Below, piece by piece: positions 1 to 11,822 of a DNA stretch of 64,000 bases. The notes under the pieces are model-generated. The model saw only the letters and a program-made list of their open reading frames with translations, did no database searches and had not been told where the DNA came from. Each line of letters opens with the position of its first letter. Position 1 is the first letter of the stretch. Position numbers and translations under genes: made by a program. The DNA is from Setoptus koraiensis (lineage: Eukaryota > Animalia > Arthropoda), in assembly GCA_048013815.1 (NCBI GenBank), contig CM106586.1, positions 15,190,001-15,254,000 on the forward strand. The letters are read 5' to 3'.

Positions 1-729
1 TTGAGAATGATCCCACTCCTCCTGAACCTCCCTGAATGAGAACTCTTTTACCCTGACAATTATCAGGATTCAATTGTCCAAAAGTACATAGAGCCGACCA
101 GGCAGTCAGTGCAGCATAGGGAACGGAGGCAGCCTCAATGTGACTTAGATTGCTTGGTTTGGAGTATAGCTGTTGAAGATAAGATATAGTTTGTTAGTTA
201 TTCCATTATTTGAGTTATGATTGAAGAAGACATTGAACTCTACTTGAGTACTTACACAATATTGAGGCGATATCACGTATTGAGCATGAGATCCTTGCTT
301 ATGAGGCTCAACAACACCATAAACTGAATCCCCTACTTTGATATTAGTTGAGCTGTTACCAACAGCGACGACCTCACCAGAGAAATCTCTACCCAATAAT
401 AGGGGATGGCGATCACAAGTAACTTTCGGACTAAAGTCTCCCATCCAATACATCCAGTCAAGAACTTTACGACCATAACCGTGACACATCTTCAAATCTA
501 TCGGATTGACGCTACTGGCGTGGACTTTGACAAGTACATCTCCGGCACAAGCAATGGTGGGTATCCTGCAATCTTGTAGGTCAAGTTTCGTGTCATATTG
601 GTTCATATGCGAACCATAATTGCCTGGATCATCGGGCACAGATGTGAGCTCTGTTACTTTCCAGGCTTGCATCATCATGCTTCTACATCCCGTCGAAGGG
701 ATTGATCGTCGAACTAAGGCTGTCAACAT
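1..729 (-). CDS. RTN4IP1: Reticulon-4-interacting protein 1 (mitochondrial MDR-family NAD(P)H oxidoreductase), 5' part; runs off the window edge
   Basis: Motifs [17 protein letters not shown] and [12 protein letters not shown]. Exon 729-256, intron 255-170 (GTAAGT...CAG, 86 bp), then exon 169-1 reads [27 protein letters not shown]...[12 protein letters not shown] (Rossmann glycine motif). Confidence 0.92.
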
Positions 730-955
730 GATGGTGCATGAATAAATTAATTTTACTTTTGATCGATAACAGTACTTATTTAAATGAAAAAATTGTATCG
801 AATGATACTTAATTGATATATGCGAATGGCGCCCATATATGCGATACTAACGAATCTGCAAAACGATTGAATCACATGTTCAACAATAGTTCACAAGTAA
901 ATGTTTGTTATTTACTAACTGTTCACGACGTGAATATCCATACACACACAAAAAA

Positions 956-1455
956 NNNNNNNNNNNNNNNNNNNNNNNNNNNNNNNNNNNNNNNNNNNNN
1001 NNNNNNNNNNNNNNNNNNNNNNNNNNNNNNNNNNNNNNNNNNNNNNNNNNNNNNNNNNNNNNNNNNNNNNNNNNNNNNNNNNNNNNNNNNNNNNNNNNNN
1101 NNNNNNNNNNNNNNNNNNNNNNNNNNNNNNNNNNNNNNNNNNNNNNNNNNNNNNNNNNNNNNNNNNNNNNNNNNNNNNNNNNNNNNNNNNNNNNNNNNNN
1201 NNNNNNNNNNNNNNNNNNNNNNNNNNNNNNNNNNNNNNNNNNNNNNNNNNNNNNNNNNNNNNNNNNNNNNNNNNNNNNNNNNNNNNNNNNNNNNNNNNNN
1301 NNNNNNNNNNNNNNNNNNNNNNNNNNNNNNNNNNNNNNNNNNNNNNNNNNNNNNNNNNNNNNNNNNNNNNNNNNNNNNNNNNNNNNNNNNNNNNNNNNNN
1401 NNNNNNNNNNNNNNNNNNNNNNNNNNNNNNNNNNNNNNNNNNNNNNNNNNNNNNN
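956..1455. other. Assembly gap (exactly 500 N)
   Basis: Run of N from 956 to 1455; the round size suggests a placeholder. Confidence 0.99.
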
Positions 1456-2101
1456 TTCTAACTACCCTTGAGACATATTGCCTACAGATGGGACATTCAC
1501 TAAGCTGTCTACCGCATTGTACACATGTGAAATAGTGGCCACATTCTAGTAAAACACAGTCCATTTCCCTTTCCATACAAATCTTACAAATCTGATCGTA
1601 TTCAGGGTCCTTCGAGTCATCGATTGAAGTTTTAGGTCTACTTTGATTATGATCAATCCAAAGTTGAGTAACTTTCTCATGCAACATTTCTTTTTCTATT
1701 ATACCCTTGTAGTCAACACAGTTTCTATCTAGTAATATCTTCAAATTACGAACTGATAGTTTCTTAATATCTTCAGGATCTTTGAGATCATCGATAACAA
1801 TGATTTTTTCTTCGGTTTGTTTTTTGTCGCGAGTCGACATGGTTTCGGTGGTACCACTTGTGTCCTGATGAGTAGTATTTGTGTTTATTCTTTCATCAGT
1901 TCGATGAGCCGTTGATTGGTTGGCGTTAAGCCTCTGTTGACTTTGACTTGAATGTGGTTGCGGTTGTTGCCGCTGTTGGCTGGATGAACTGGACGTAGTG
2001 GGTTGAGAGTTACGAGCGAGATTTGATAGGCAAAAATTTGTAAAATTATCGATAGTGGTAATGAGACCGCGCACAAATTTGTTACCCCTATTATTATACA
2101 T
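1456..2101 (-). CDS. RNF34: RNF34/RFFL (CARP)-like RING E3 ubiquitin ligase; last codons lost in the gap; no FYVE-like domain seen
   Basis: SAP-like LSVRNLKILLDRNCVDYKGIIEKEMLHEKV followed by C3HC4 RING CKICMEREMDCVLLECGHYFTCVQCGRQLSECPICRQYV, matching the RNF34/RFFL C-terminus. Confidence 0.8.
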
Positions 2102-3140
2102 ATGACTGAGTTAAAATTGCTTCTATCGAGAGTTATCACTTGTGACCTGATGTAATGTCGGTTCAGTCCGTCCATTTATAATAAAAGGCATATAAGGTTT
2201 TCTGTTGTCTCTTATTCAAGAATTTAAACTGATTGATTCTACTTGATCTAGTAGCAGTACTAATTTGCTGGGTTTAAACTTTAAAGGCCGTGAGTTGGCG
2301 TCGGAGTCACCTGGAGTAAAATCAACAACCGAAATGACATGTCGTGAGGGTACGTTGTCTTGTTATTGCCATTTAATTTCGGCTGGAATGAGCATTAGCC
2401 TGAGTGAGCTGTTAAAAGAATTCTGTCTTTTTGTGTGGAAATATTTAGCTCAGAATTGCAAAACTATAGAAGCTTTTGATGATTGTTTTAAAATAGATCA
2501 GCGAGATTGAAGGCTAAAATGAAATATCCTGGTAAATTCGTAGAATTGCGTGAGTTTTGAACGCAGCTGAAGATTCTTTCTATTGTTGATGTGTACAAAT
2601 AACTGCGAGCGCGAAATTTAAGTAGAATTACGCAACGTGATCGTTTTCGCGTTTGGTAAGATACACTGTTTGCATGTTGAGTTAAAACTTTAGCTTACGG
2701 TTTCTAGTCTTCTGGTCAAGTTCAGCTTATAGCCCAACAACGGAAACAACAACTCATGCTATTTGCATTAGCAGCGACAGCAAATGTTTTTTCTTTCTGT
2801 GTCAAATTATTGCTTTTCTGTCGCGGCTATTAATAGCTTTTCACTCTTCAACGGTAAGCCCATAATACAGGCATGGACAGTTGTGATCAATTCGACTGAC
2901 ACGACACACCAACTTTTATTCAATTGATCTTGCTTGAATATCGGCGAATCACAACAAAACTAACACTTTACTTCCGAGATATTCAGACATTTTTCAGCAT
3001 TTGCAAGGATCGCTCGGCAACATCTTCAATCCAGCTATTCACCGACAACAACAACTAATTTAAATCTAATTCAGAGGGTCGCGAGCAGCAACAGCAACGA
3101 CAAAAACAACCACAAGTGTCAGTGTCTTGGTATTTGTCGC

Positions 3141-3737
3141 TTGTTTATATTGAATACAATTATTTGCAGAAATATCAAACAAAACGCAGCCTGTAATTTC
3201 CCTCTTTATACCGGCAGTTGCTGCGACACAGACGAAGTATCACTTAATGGTACTCCTGTTGAGACTCCACCGCCGCTACCTGGTGCCGATATTGAGCATA
3301 ATCCATCGCCAGTGTCGTATGCTGAAGATGCCCCGATTAGACGCTTGAATGCAAGTTGCATCATGCAACAAATAATAGACAACAACAACAGTAGCAGCAA
3401 GTGTCGGTGCGAGCACAACAAAAACAACAACAACAATCAATTTACAGTGACAGATCATATACTGCAACAAGTGCACGAGCATCATCTCCAGTGCATACTA
3501 CAGCATCAACAGGAACGCTTACACCAACATCAACTACACTACCAACACCAGCAGAAGCCCTCAATGGCGGTTTCGATACATCTCTGGAGCTCGATCAACA
3601 CGTTGCAGGTAACAACAACAGGTAACAGCAACAAAAGTGTCTCCCAACAAAAGCAACAACAGCAAGGCTCACAACGTTGTCAGCCAACGACAACGCAGAA
3701 AATGACGATCAATCAGCACAAGATGGATAATTTGTAA
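3141..3737 (+). CDS. Possible exon(s) of an uncharacterised low-complexity (Q/H/N/T-rich) protein
   Basis: Open frame from about 3000 to 3737 with a protein-like segment DTDEVSLNGTPVETPPPLPGADIEHNPSP and nearby splice-like sites; no family recognised and no gene model resolved. Confidence 0.25.
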   Translation: MFILNTIICRNIKQNAACNFPLYTGSCCDTDEVSLNGTPVETPPPLPGADIEHNPSPVSYAEDAPIRRLNASCIMQQIIDNNNSSSKCRCEHNKNNNNNQFTVTDHILQQVHEHHLQCILQHQQERLHQHQLHYQHQQKPSMAVSIHLWSSINTLQVTTTGNSNKSVSQQKQQQQGSQRCQPTTTQKMTINQHKMDNL

Positions 3738-4882
3738 ATGAGCACTCACCATCAGTAACGTTTTTGTCATCATCGAGCTACTCAACAGCAGAAAACAACT
3801 CAGTCAACGAACTAAAGCCAAGAATTGGCCTCAATATCACCAAGACAGCGGATTCATTTATTGAGCTTGTACGCAATCCTCTAGTGGTGACGACAACGAC
3901 AAACGACAATTGTCAACTACAGCCAAACGATCCCCACAACAATCGTTCCAATTGATAAGCAGCCAAAACCAACAACGAAACACAGACAGTCATCATTTAC
4001 AGCTAGCCAGAGCAGGTGAGCTATTAACGACAACAACAACAGCAGCTCTGATTCCGACAGCAAGCAAGATGAACAATCGAAATCAGGACCAAGACAGTCA
4101 AAATTTGGGCACTTTGCTATTAGCAGATGCTGTTCATTTTATTCTATCTAACTACATTAGATGTTGGCGTGTTTCGCATCGACAAGAATAACTATAACAG
4201 TTTTCTCAGTTTCCATCGGTTGTTTTCAATAACATAGTTCAGACCTGTGGAAAGTATCAAGTCGACTCGATACTCAGACATATTGAGAATGTAATGTTGT
4301 TGACGCACCATCGTTGGAGCAAGAAAATTCTCGATTCGAGAATTATATTGATAGATTAGTCAATGGGTCTTTTGAAATACAACCATGTTCATCAACTATG
4401 ATACATGTGTAGTATCTTTGACTAGGCGAGCAATTTCAGTTAACATCCTTAAAGAGATGGTTGGTATCAAGCACTATATCAATCGACGCAGTCATTGAAT
4501 GCATTTGAACAACAAGGATTTGAACTTTCAGCTATTCGAAGAATGACGATAGAAGTGAAAGAAGCAAAGTGATGCAGAATGCATGAAGGTACTGCTCTGT
4601 AAAACATGTTCGTGATACCTGTTTGAACGTAACAACACTCAGGTGTGTTCTGTCCATTTGTCTCTGTCCATTTTTTGAGCCTATTTGAATGACGATTCTT
4701 TTGCAAGCTTGGACCGAAAAGAGAAAACGTCTGTTACTCCAAGAGTGTCAGTTGTATTCACTGTCAGACACAAAAACAACTGTATTAGGTAGTATTTTGG
4801 TCTGTCTTTTCATATTCATCACAACCAAAACCCTCGTCTGATGTTGAATTAGACTTATGTAGTTCAAAAAATTCCATCAACA

Positions 4883-6772
4883 ATGGATTTGGTCAACTTC
4901 AGATTCTCAATATTGCTAGTATTCTTGCAGGCTTCCTTTATCACATCATGCTACAAGATTCATATCCCCGATCTACCAAACCATCATTATCAGTTTTGGC
5001 TTAGGAACAACCCTGGAGCCTTGAGGAATTTTCGATCTATATGCAACAAGTCAATTAATAGTTTCACCGATGAGGAATTGAGCGAAGATCCTAAAATAAG
5101 GTCTGATTTTGAGGAACTGCATGGGAATCTAACGTTTGAAAACCCCAACTACAGAACTAGTTTTAATTATAGGAAGCAAGTCTTGGATGCGATATGTACT
5201 AAAATAGATGACGTTGAAAAATCTTGTTGGGGCTATGAAAATAAATGTGAAATAATACATCTAATGCCAGAATGCTCAAATCCTGATCCAAACTGGGCCA
5301 AGGATGTCGCCGAACAGAAAATCAATTGGTTTCAGAGTGCAGACTTCGGATATATAGGCGAACGTAGGAAGGAATTAGAGAGATATTGTTCGCCTAATGT
5401 CAGGGATATAAAATCGGATATATATTCCTCCCTAGAATGTTCAAAAAGTTTTAAGATGTGCCGCGGAAAGAATCTATTCATAAATTTTCGAAATTTGCCC
5501 GATGCTTTAAAAAACGATGAAACGTTTTTGAAGACAGGCGATGTTGGCGGATGGAATTGTGACTTACAACGTAAAAGGATACAACTTGAGGGTCAATATC
5601 GCGAAAATTTACAGTCTTGGTTCAACGAACTAGGCGGATATGAACTCTTGGACGATTCTAGTTCATGCGACATTAAAATAGATAAACCGGCCTATATAAT
5701 GAAACTGGATGCCACCACAAATATGTACCATCACTTTTGTGACTTTATAAATCTATATTCGACTGTCCATTTGAATAATAGCTTCTCGGTAGACAATCAA
5801 ATTATTATCTGGGATACAAAACCTTACAAAAGTAACTTCGGGGCCTCATGGTTGGCATTCTCAAAGAATCCTCTAATTGATTTATCCCAGTTCAAAGGTA
5901 AACGGGTGTGCTTTAGGGATTTCGTATTTCCGCTTCTACCAAGACTGGTAGAAGGAATCTATTACAATACACCACTTATCCCGGGTTGTAGGAAGAGTGG
6001 ACTTTTTGATGCATTCAATAAACATTTATTGCACAAATTGAGAGTCCCGCAACATTTCGATGAGAGAACCTATTTAGACACCGACAATGAGTTAATCAGA
6101 GTTAGAATTTTGATAAGATCTAAGAACCAAAGGAAAATTTTGAATATCGAAGATCTAGTGCGGGCACTACGCAATAGCAACAAATTAATTGACGTCAAAC
6201 TATACAATTTCGATGACGGAAAATTTAATTTCACAAATCAATTGGAGATCGTCCAAAATACTGATATATTGGTGGGTATGCACGGAGCAGGCTTAACGCA
6301 CACCCTATTCCTACCAGATTGGGCTAGTGTAATAGAATTGTACAATTGTGGAGACTCTGATTGTTATAAAGATCTCTCTAGACTTCGTGGAGTATCCTAT
6401 TACACTTGGACAGATCAAAAGAAGCTTACAAAGCACGCTGTCGAGGATGAAGAAGAACTCAATAGGTTAAAACGAAACAAAGTAGATAAACACGATAAAT
6501 TTCAAAACTACAGCTTTGACAAAGATGAATTTGTTGCGCTTGTTGTAAGTGCAATAGAAGGAATCAAAACTAGAAGAAATCTATTCTTCGAAAGGACCTT
6601 GAAAGATGCGATCAATACCGAAGACGATAAACGGTCCAAGGACGCAAACACTCTAACAAGGGATAAAAACTTAACAGCCTCCGAGAGTAGTCCGAACGAT
6701 GAAAGCAAAAAGTCTAAATCCAAGCCAGAACAACAAGAAGTGATATCCGACAAAGCTCGAGAAGAGCTCTAA
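4883..6772 (+). CDS. EOGT: EGF domain-specific O-GlcNAc transferase (GT61), intronless, 629 aa
   Basis: Signal peptide; motifs CWGYE, MKLDATTNMYHHFCDFINLY, DILVGMHGAGLTHTLFLPDWA, CYKDLSRLRGVSY; C-terminal REEL ER-retention-like signal. Confidence 0.95.
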   Translation: MDLVNFRFSILLVFLQASFITSCYKIHIPDLPNHHYQFWLRNNPGALRNFRSICNKSINSFTDEELSEDPKIRSDFEELHGNLTFENPNYRTSFNYRKQVLDAICTKIDDVEKSCWGYENKCEIIHLMPECSNPDPNWAKDVAEQKINWFQSADFGYIGERRKELERYCSPNVRDIKSDIYSSLECSKSFKMCRGKNLFINFRNLPDALKNDETFLKTGDVGGWNCDLQRKRIQLEGQYRENLQSWFNELGGYELLDDSSSCDIKIDKPAYIMKLDATTNMYHHFCDFINLYSTVHLNNSFSVDNQIIIWDTKPYKSNFGASWLAFSKNPLIDLSQFKGKRVCFRDFVFPLLPRLVEGIYYNTPLIPGCRKSGLFDAFNKHLLHKLRVPQHFDERTYLDTDNELIRVRILIRSKNQRKILNIEDLVRALRNSNKLIDVKLYNFDDGKFNFTNQLEIVQNTDILVGMHGAGLTHTLFLPDWASVIELYNCGDSDCYKDLSRLRGVSYYTWTDQKKLTKHAVEDEEELNRLKRNKVDKHDKFQNYSFDKDEFVALVVSAIEGIKTRRNLFFERTLKDAINTEDDKRSKDANTLTRDKNLTASESSPNDESKKSKSKPEQQEVISDKAREEL

Positions 6773-6967
6773 TAGAATGAGATAAAGCTTTATCGAAGAA
6801 AGAGGTTAAAGAAGCTGGCTCGAAGAAATACAGTTATTTAACAGTCTAGTTTCGACTCCGGAGGAAACAGTTGTTGAGACTATCCATAAAAGTCATTCAG
6901 ACAATCGTATGCATAATCCCTAAGGAACGATAATATTAAACTTAATTTAAAAATTGAAATACAAGTC

Positions 6968-8439
6968 TCAACTCGTTACTATCATATCTTCTTGATCATG
7001 ACAACTCAAGACGGTTCTGGGCATGATTTGAATATCACCAATGAGTTTGTCCAAAATATGGTCGAAATTGATTGTGTCCGTTGATACTGATGATTTCGGA
7101 TGCACTGTCAAAAATAGTTTCGGAAGTGCCATATTGCCGCATAATAAAGGGTAGAGAATATAATTTTGTGCGTGGTATCCCTTGGCTGGAATAGTCAGAT
7201 GAATCTGTTTTGAGTGAGGAGAGAAAGAGAGTGATTGTTAGATTGAAAGAAATGTATGCACTGTAGATACTCATTAAGGTCGATGTTTGGATTGTGGTTA
7301 CCTACCATTTTGCTACCACAGAACATAAAGAATTCGCTTTTCCCAATACTGATTTGCAGTCCCAAGTCTTCGTCTATCGCATTATTCAACTCCAATTTTA
7401 TTTCAAATGGCTGCCGACAGTTAACTCTCGTAGGGGCCTCAACCTTGAGGTCTAAAATAGAACTCTTAGATTCAGTATTGTGATTTAAGGACAATTTCTC
7501 AATAGCCCCAACAACGTTGGGCAATCTGAAATCGAGGCACCTATGAGCCTCGTAACGTGTCATTCGGTCGAATCTACCCCCTTCGTCAGGATGAGGAGTA
7601 ATGGGTTGTTCCATAATTCTTTCTAGTTTAAGGGAGAGAGACTTGGACAATTTGAGCCAACGTTCCGATTTATACATGGCAAGTGCACTACTGTAGATTG
7701 CATTGGCTTTCTGATGTTCGCCAGATTCAACGTATTCGTCTGCAACCATGACGCTAAGGAAATGTTCCATTCGAATACAATTCCATTCCTTGAAGTATTC
7801 AATGGCCGTGTGTAACAATAGTATGATTGCCTCGGAATAGTTTATAGGGTAATTTTGATCATACTGTTGTGAGATACCCAATGGATCCCCCATGATGGCT
7901 GGATTGTTCTGTTGGTTGGGCCAATTGAAATTTTGCGTCATTAGTTCATAGGGTGCATTCGAATTGAATGCTAATGATGATGAATTCATCATGACGTCCT
8001 TTATTAACGAAATGGCACCAGTTTGAGGAACGTTACAGGTTAGTTGTGATTCTAATTTGCGCTTTTTGATCATTTGAACAGCCGCGTCATAATAGTAGAA
8101 TCCTGGATGTTGGGTCTTGGACGCCTTCAATCCTGATGATATGGCCTGCCGAAATAGATCGGCGAACGTTTGATATTGTTGTGAGATCCAGGCAACGCGT
8201 TCAATCTCAAGATGAGTATCACAACATCTAATAGTTGTTTTGTTTATTTCATAGGAATCTATATGCTTTCTAAACTGTGCTATTGCATCGCGGGGTCGTT
8301 GTACCAGAAACTGTAGGCTCAAATAGCCTGGGTTCGAGGGGACGGCCTCCGGCGAGGGTCTGGACCTTGGGGCCGGCGCAACGACATTCTCCAAATCAGC
8401 TGGTATATCGATAATAATATCTGGATTTGTGGTTGTCAT
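6968..8439 (-). CDS. TRAPPC11: Trafficking protein particle complex subunit 11 (foie gras/gryzun), strongly shortened (~456 aa)
   Basis: Motifs DAIAQFRKHID, AWISQQYQTFADLF, QHPGFYYYDAA, FMFCGSK. Exon 8439-7306, intron 7305-7205 (GTAGGT...CAG), exon 7204-6968 reading IHLTIPAKGYHAQNYILYPLLCGNMALPKL (gryzun C-terminal-like). An in-frame GTG at 8508 is an alternative start. Confidence 0.85.
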
Positions 8440-9367
8440 GATTATCCGGTTGCTTGTTTGAGTTGTAACAAAATCAATCACCGTGGTGTTGTTTTCGCCA
8501 AAGAACAAAAATCTCTTACGTGTGGCGAATCTAACACTTGTTGTCGTAGTTCAAGTTCATACAAAATTTCAATTACTTGTTAGAATGACAAGACCAAATA
8601 TGGCGCTACTTCAGGTGGCCAAGTGTATATGTGTTTTATTTTTAATTATGCATTTCGCTCAATCACAGAATGCGGCACGACACCCTCTGCAGTGCATTTC
8701 TTCCTTACTAAATGCACCTATGCATATATAGGGTGCTCCAATCAGATATGCATATTCTACTAGTTATGCTGGCGTGCTTCTGGCAACACATTAGACAAAA
8801 TGCACTGCCCATGCCCGATAGGCACACAATGTACTTAAGTGGCCCTGTGCGCCGGGAACAGGGCACATGTTTTTGTGTGACGTAGCGCATCAGTCTCAGT
8901 GCACAAATAGCCAAAGTTTACATTCTGTGCTATCTTGCCGCACAATGCCTCCAGTCAGAGTGTGCGTTTGCTTGGGTCACACGAACATAAAATACTAGTC
9001 GGATATAAATAAATTTGTGCTGTCGACTGTATCTTACAAAGGACAACAAAGACCAAGTCAGTTGTTTGTCGCCGATTGCTTATCGCATTTTACAGACTGT
9101 GTACAATTTCTTACAGAATGCAGTTTTTTTCGTAGGACAAATTGCGTTGAGTCGGTGCATTTTCAGTGTGTTGTTAGTGTGTTTAGTGGTCTATTGACTC
9201 GGTGTTTACGCAGTGCCTACAACTAGACATACGGATAATTATGTCTTTCAGTTAGAATACGCACTCGATATGAAAGCGACGTGATATACAACATTCTCTT
9301 AAATTTAATTCAGTTCACAAGCACATAATCAATTATACAATTAGACAATTATTATTGAAGCTCCAAC

Positions 9368-9936
9368 ATGAATTCTAGCCAAGAGCCTAAGATTATAACC
9401 TTGGAAGAGGTTCAGGAGCACAAAAAGAAGTCGTCAGTTTGGTTTGTCATCCATGACAAAGTTTACGATGTAACGCAATTCCTTGATGAGGTAGGGCGAT
9501 TATTCCGACAAACATAAATAATTCATCATTTATTTTAATTGTTCAATTACAATTTCTCCATAACTGACTATGAGTCGAAGATATTCAATATATTGATCGT
9601 TATTTTTCTTCATGATATCCCTTATTTTAACTAATGTAGCACCCAGGAGGCGAAGAAGTCTTACTGGAACAGGCAGGAAAAGACGCCTCTGAAATATTTG
9701 AAGACGTTAGCCACTCGTCTGACGCAAGGGAACTCATGAAGACTTACGAGATAGGAGTGCTTCATGAGAAAGACCGAGCCAAGACAGCGAAGGTCCTGAA
9801 GAAAAACATCAAAGCCGTCGATGAAAAAGGTTCTAGGTACGACGATAACAATAAATCGCGGTTCAATTTCCAATGGTTGTTCTCATTAGCGGTGGCGGGT
9901 GCTGTTATGGTGTTATATAGAATATATGCTCATTGA
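9368..9936 (+). CDS. CYB5: Cytochrome b5, tail-anchored (139 aa)
   Basis: Exon 9368-9490 ([17 protein letters not shown]), intron 9491-9639, exon 9640-9936 ([30 protein letters not shown]) with a C-terminal hydrophobic anchor. Confidence 0.95.
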
Positions 9937-11294
9937 AGGACCAGACCAATTTGTTCCGGGGCGAATGAAGGACACTTCCAATTATATACATAATATTGCA
10001 AGTTTCCATCTCCAATACCAAACTTTAGTTCATCAAGGAATTGTTTGTTTTCCATGAGGTCAAGAGCGTTGAAAACGTCATAGCCGGTCTATGATTGATT
10101 AAAAATGAAATGTTAATATGACGAGTGATTACCGGTAAATAAACATTGAGAGTTTTCTCAAGAGATAACTTACGTTATTAGCCATAATTAGAGCGTCTTG
10201 AATCAACTCAACCAAAGTAATAGGCTTCGTTGTGAAATTATAGAAGGAGTAAGCCGCCCGAATACTTTTGTATGTGGGATGATTAATGACTGTTGAGGGC
10301 AAAGAGTAAAAACTGGTGAAGGCTAACACGCGTCCCTCTCGCTGTATAAAGTATTAAGACAAAATAAAAACATCAGTAAGCATTTAAAAATCCTGACATA
10401 ATCAAACATCTGTCACTTCTAAGTTGTATGTATACTAACCTCTACTACGTAGCTGTTGATAACATCATTTTTGGGTAAAAACCAGTGTTTAACTTCCTCT
10501 AAAGAGAACGTCGGTGCCAGATCAAACTTTTTCAAATAATCTAATAACATTTCGTGGACTTGTGGTACATGAGAGAGGTTCATTTGTTGGAGACCTTCTA
10601 ATTTAGGAGATTCGGGTAATTTGTACAATCTTAGTGTACGTTTCATGTTCATATTTCTAGTTATTGATGAGAATTTGACATCAACCAATTTCTTTGGGTT
10701 CAACGAACGATGATAATATCTGCATGTTCCGATGGGTTTTGGTAATATAACGCCCGCAGTGTAAATAGCTTGAAAGATGCCTTGCAGATTAACACGTCGA
10801 GTTATCTCTCTGATGAGCACCGGTGCCATTCTCTTGGAGCGTAATTTTTTGTGTACGCAGAGAAAATTTATTTCAACCATTTGAATATCCTCTTTGGTAG
10901 CAATGTGCATCCTAGCTGGAGTTGCCCCAATGAAGCCGACAAGTTTTTTAGACTTGCTAACACGAACACCACAATGCCAATCTTGTTGCCAACCGGGTGG
11001 TTGTAATGCCCATCTTAAAAACTGAGGCGAATAATCAAATCTAAACATGCAGTCGTCGTCTTCCACATAGTTCTCATTCAAGAGCGTATACAACTCTTTC
11101 AAGATATCATCGTTGCCTATATCGAGAGTATCCCAAGCGAAACCTTCTGGCAAATTGTAAGGTTCTTCGCGTAGCTCAACTATCTTCTTGATCGGTTCAC
11201 TGGTGTCGAAATTGTCGTCAAACCTGGGCACAGGTTGAGTTTCCCAGAATTGGTATCGTTTTTGGATTGCATCTTGAGTGGTTTTTGGTGACAT
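9930..11294 (-). CDS. NMT: Glycylpeptide N-tetradecanoyltransferase (N-myristoyltransferase), 393 aa
   Basis: [47 protein letters not shown]. Exons 11294-10440, 10341-10174 and 10088-9930; the last reads [37 protein letters not shown]...IGLVLQ*. Confidence 0.97.
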
Positions 11295-11822
11295 GTTACT
11301 GTTATTGTCATTTGATGCTGATTGGAATGAATACGATATACTAGCGTAGCTACGGCAATATTTTTCTAGTTGACATAAACCATATATTAAGCTGAAAAGT
11401 AGATTGTCTCGCCCTCAATTTATCAGAATATTGATCTCTTCGAAAGCCAAAATATTTCAAAGAAATCGCTTGTGCGTCCGTGCGTGTGTGTGTGTGTCTC
11501 CAGCAGCCGTATAGCACTGAATATTGCGTGCTGTGGTGATCGCCAATGAACGGCAAAAACCTCCCCTGGGGGAGGTAATGTCTCCCCAATACAGGGCGAA
11601 TCTCTCGTCCCTCCCGTCCCCCTCTAGCTCCTTCGACTTTTTATTGTTTGAACATAGCATGCTGCACATGTACAGAATGAGAACCGGGAATAACGGTTTA
11701 AACCTATCCCGCGGGCTAGCTTCTTCCGCATCTTCTTTCTCATCCCGTACAATGAGTAACATGTGGTATCTTCACTAGCATTACCGAGACACTGACGATA
11801 TCAAGAAACTATGTGTTTTTAG

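Noticed and set aside
813-1535. ORF-track entries spanning the N gaps (also 18012-18718)
   Set aside because: Artefacts of translating through N; only the flanking RNF34-like and KIF23 segments are supported.
4190-4720. THAP-like words (SFHRLF, VCSVHL)
   Set aside because: About 430 nt apart, in different frames and separated by stops; the spacing is incompatible with a THAP domain.
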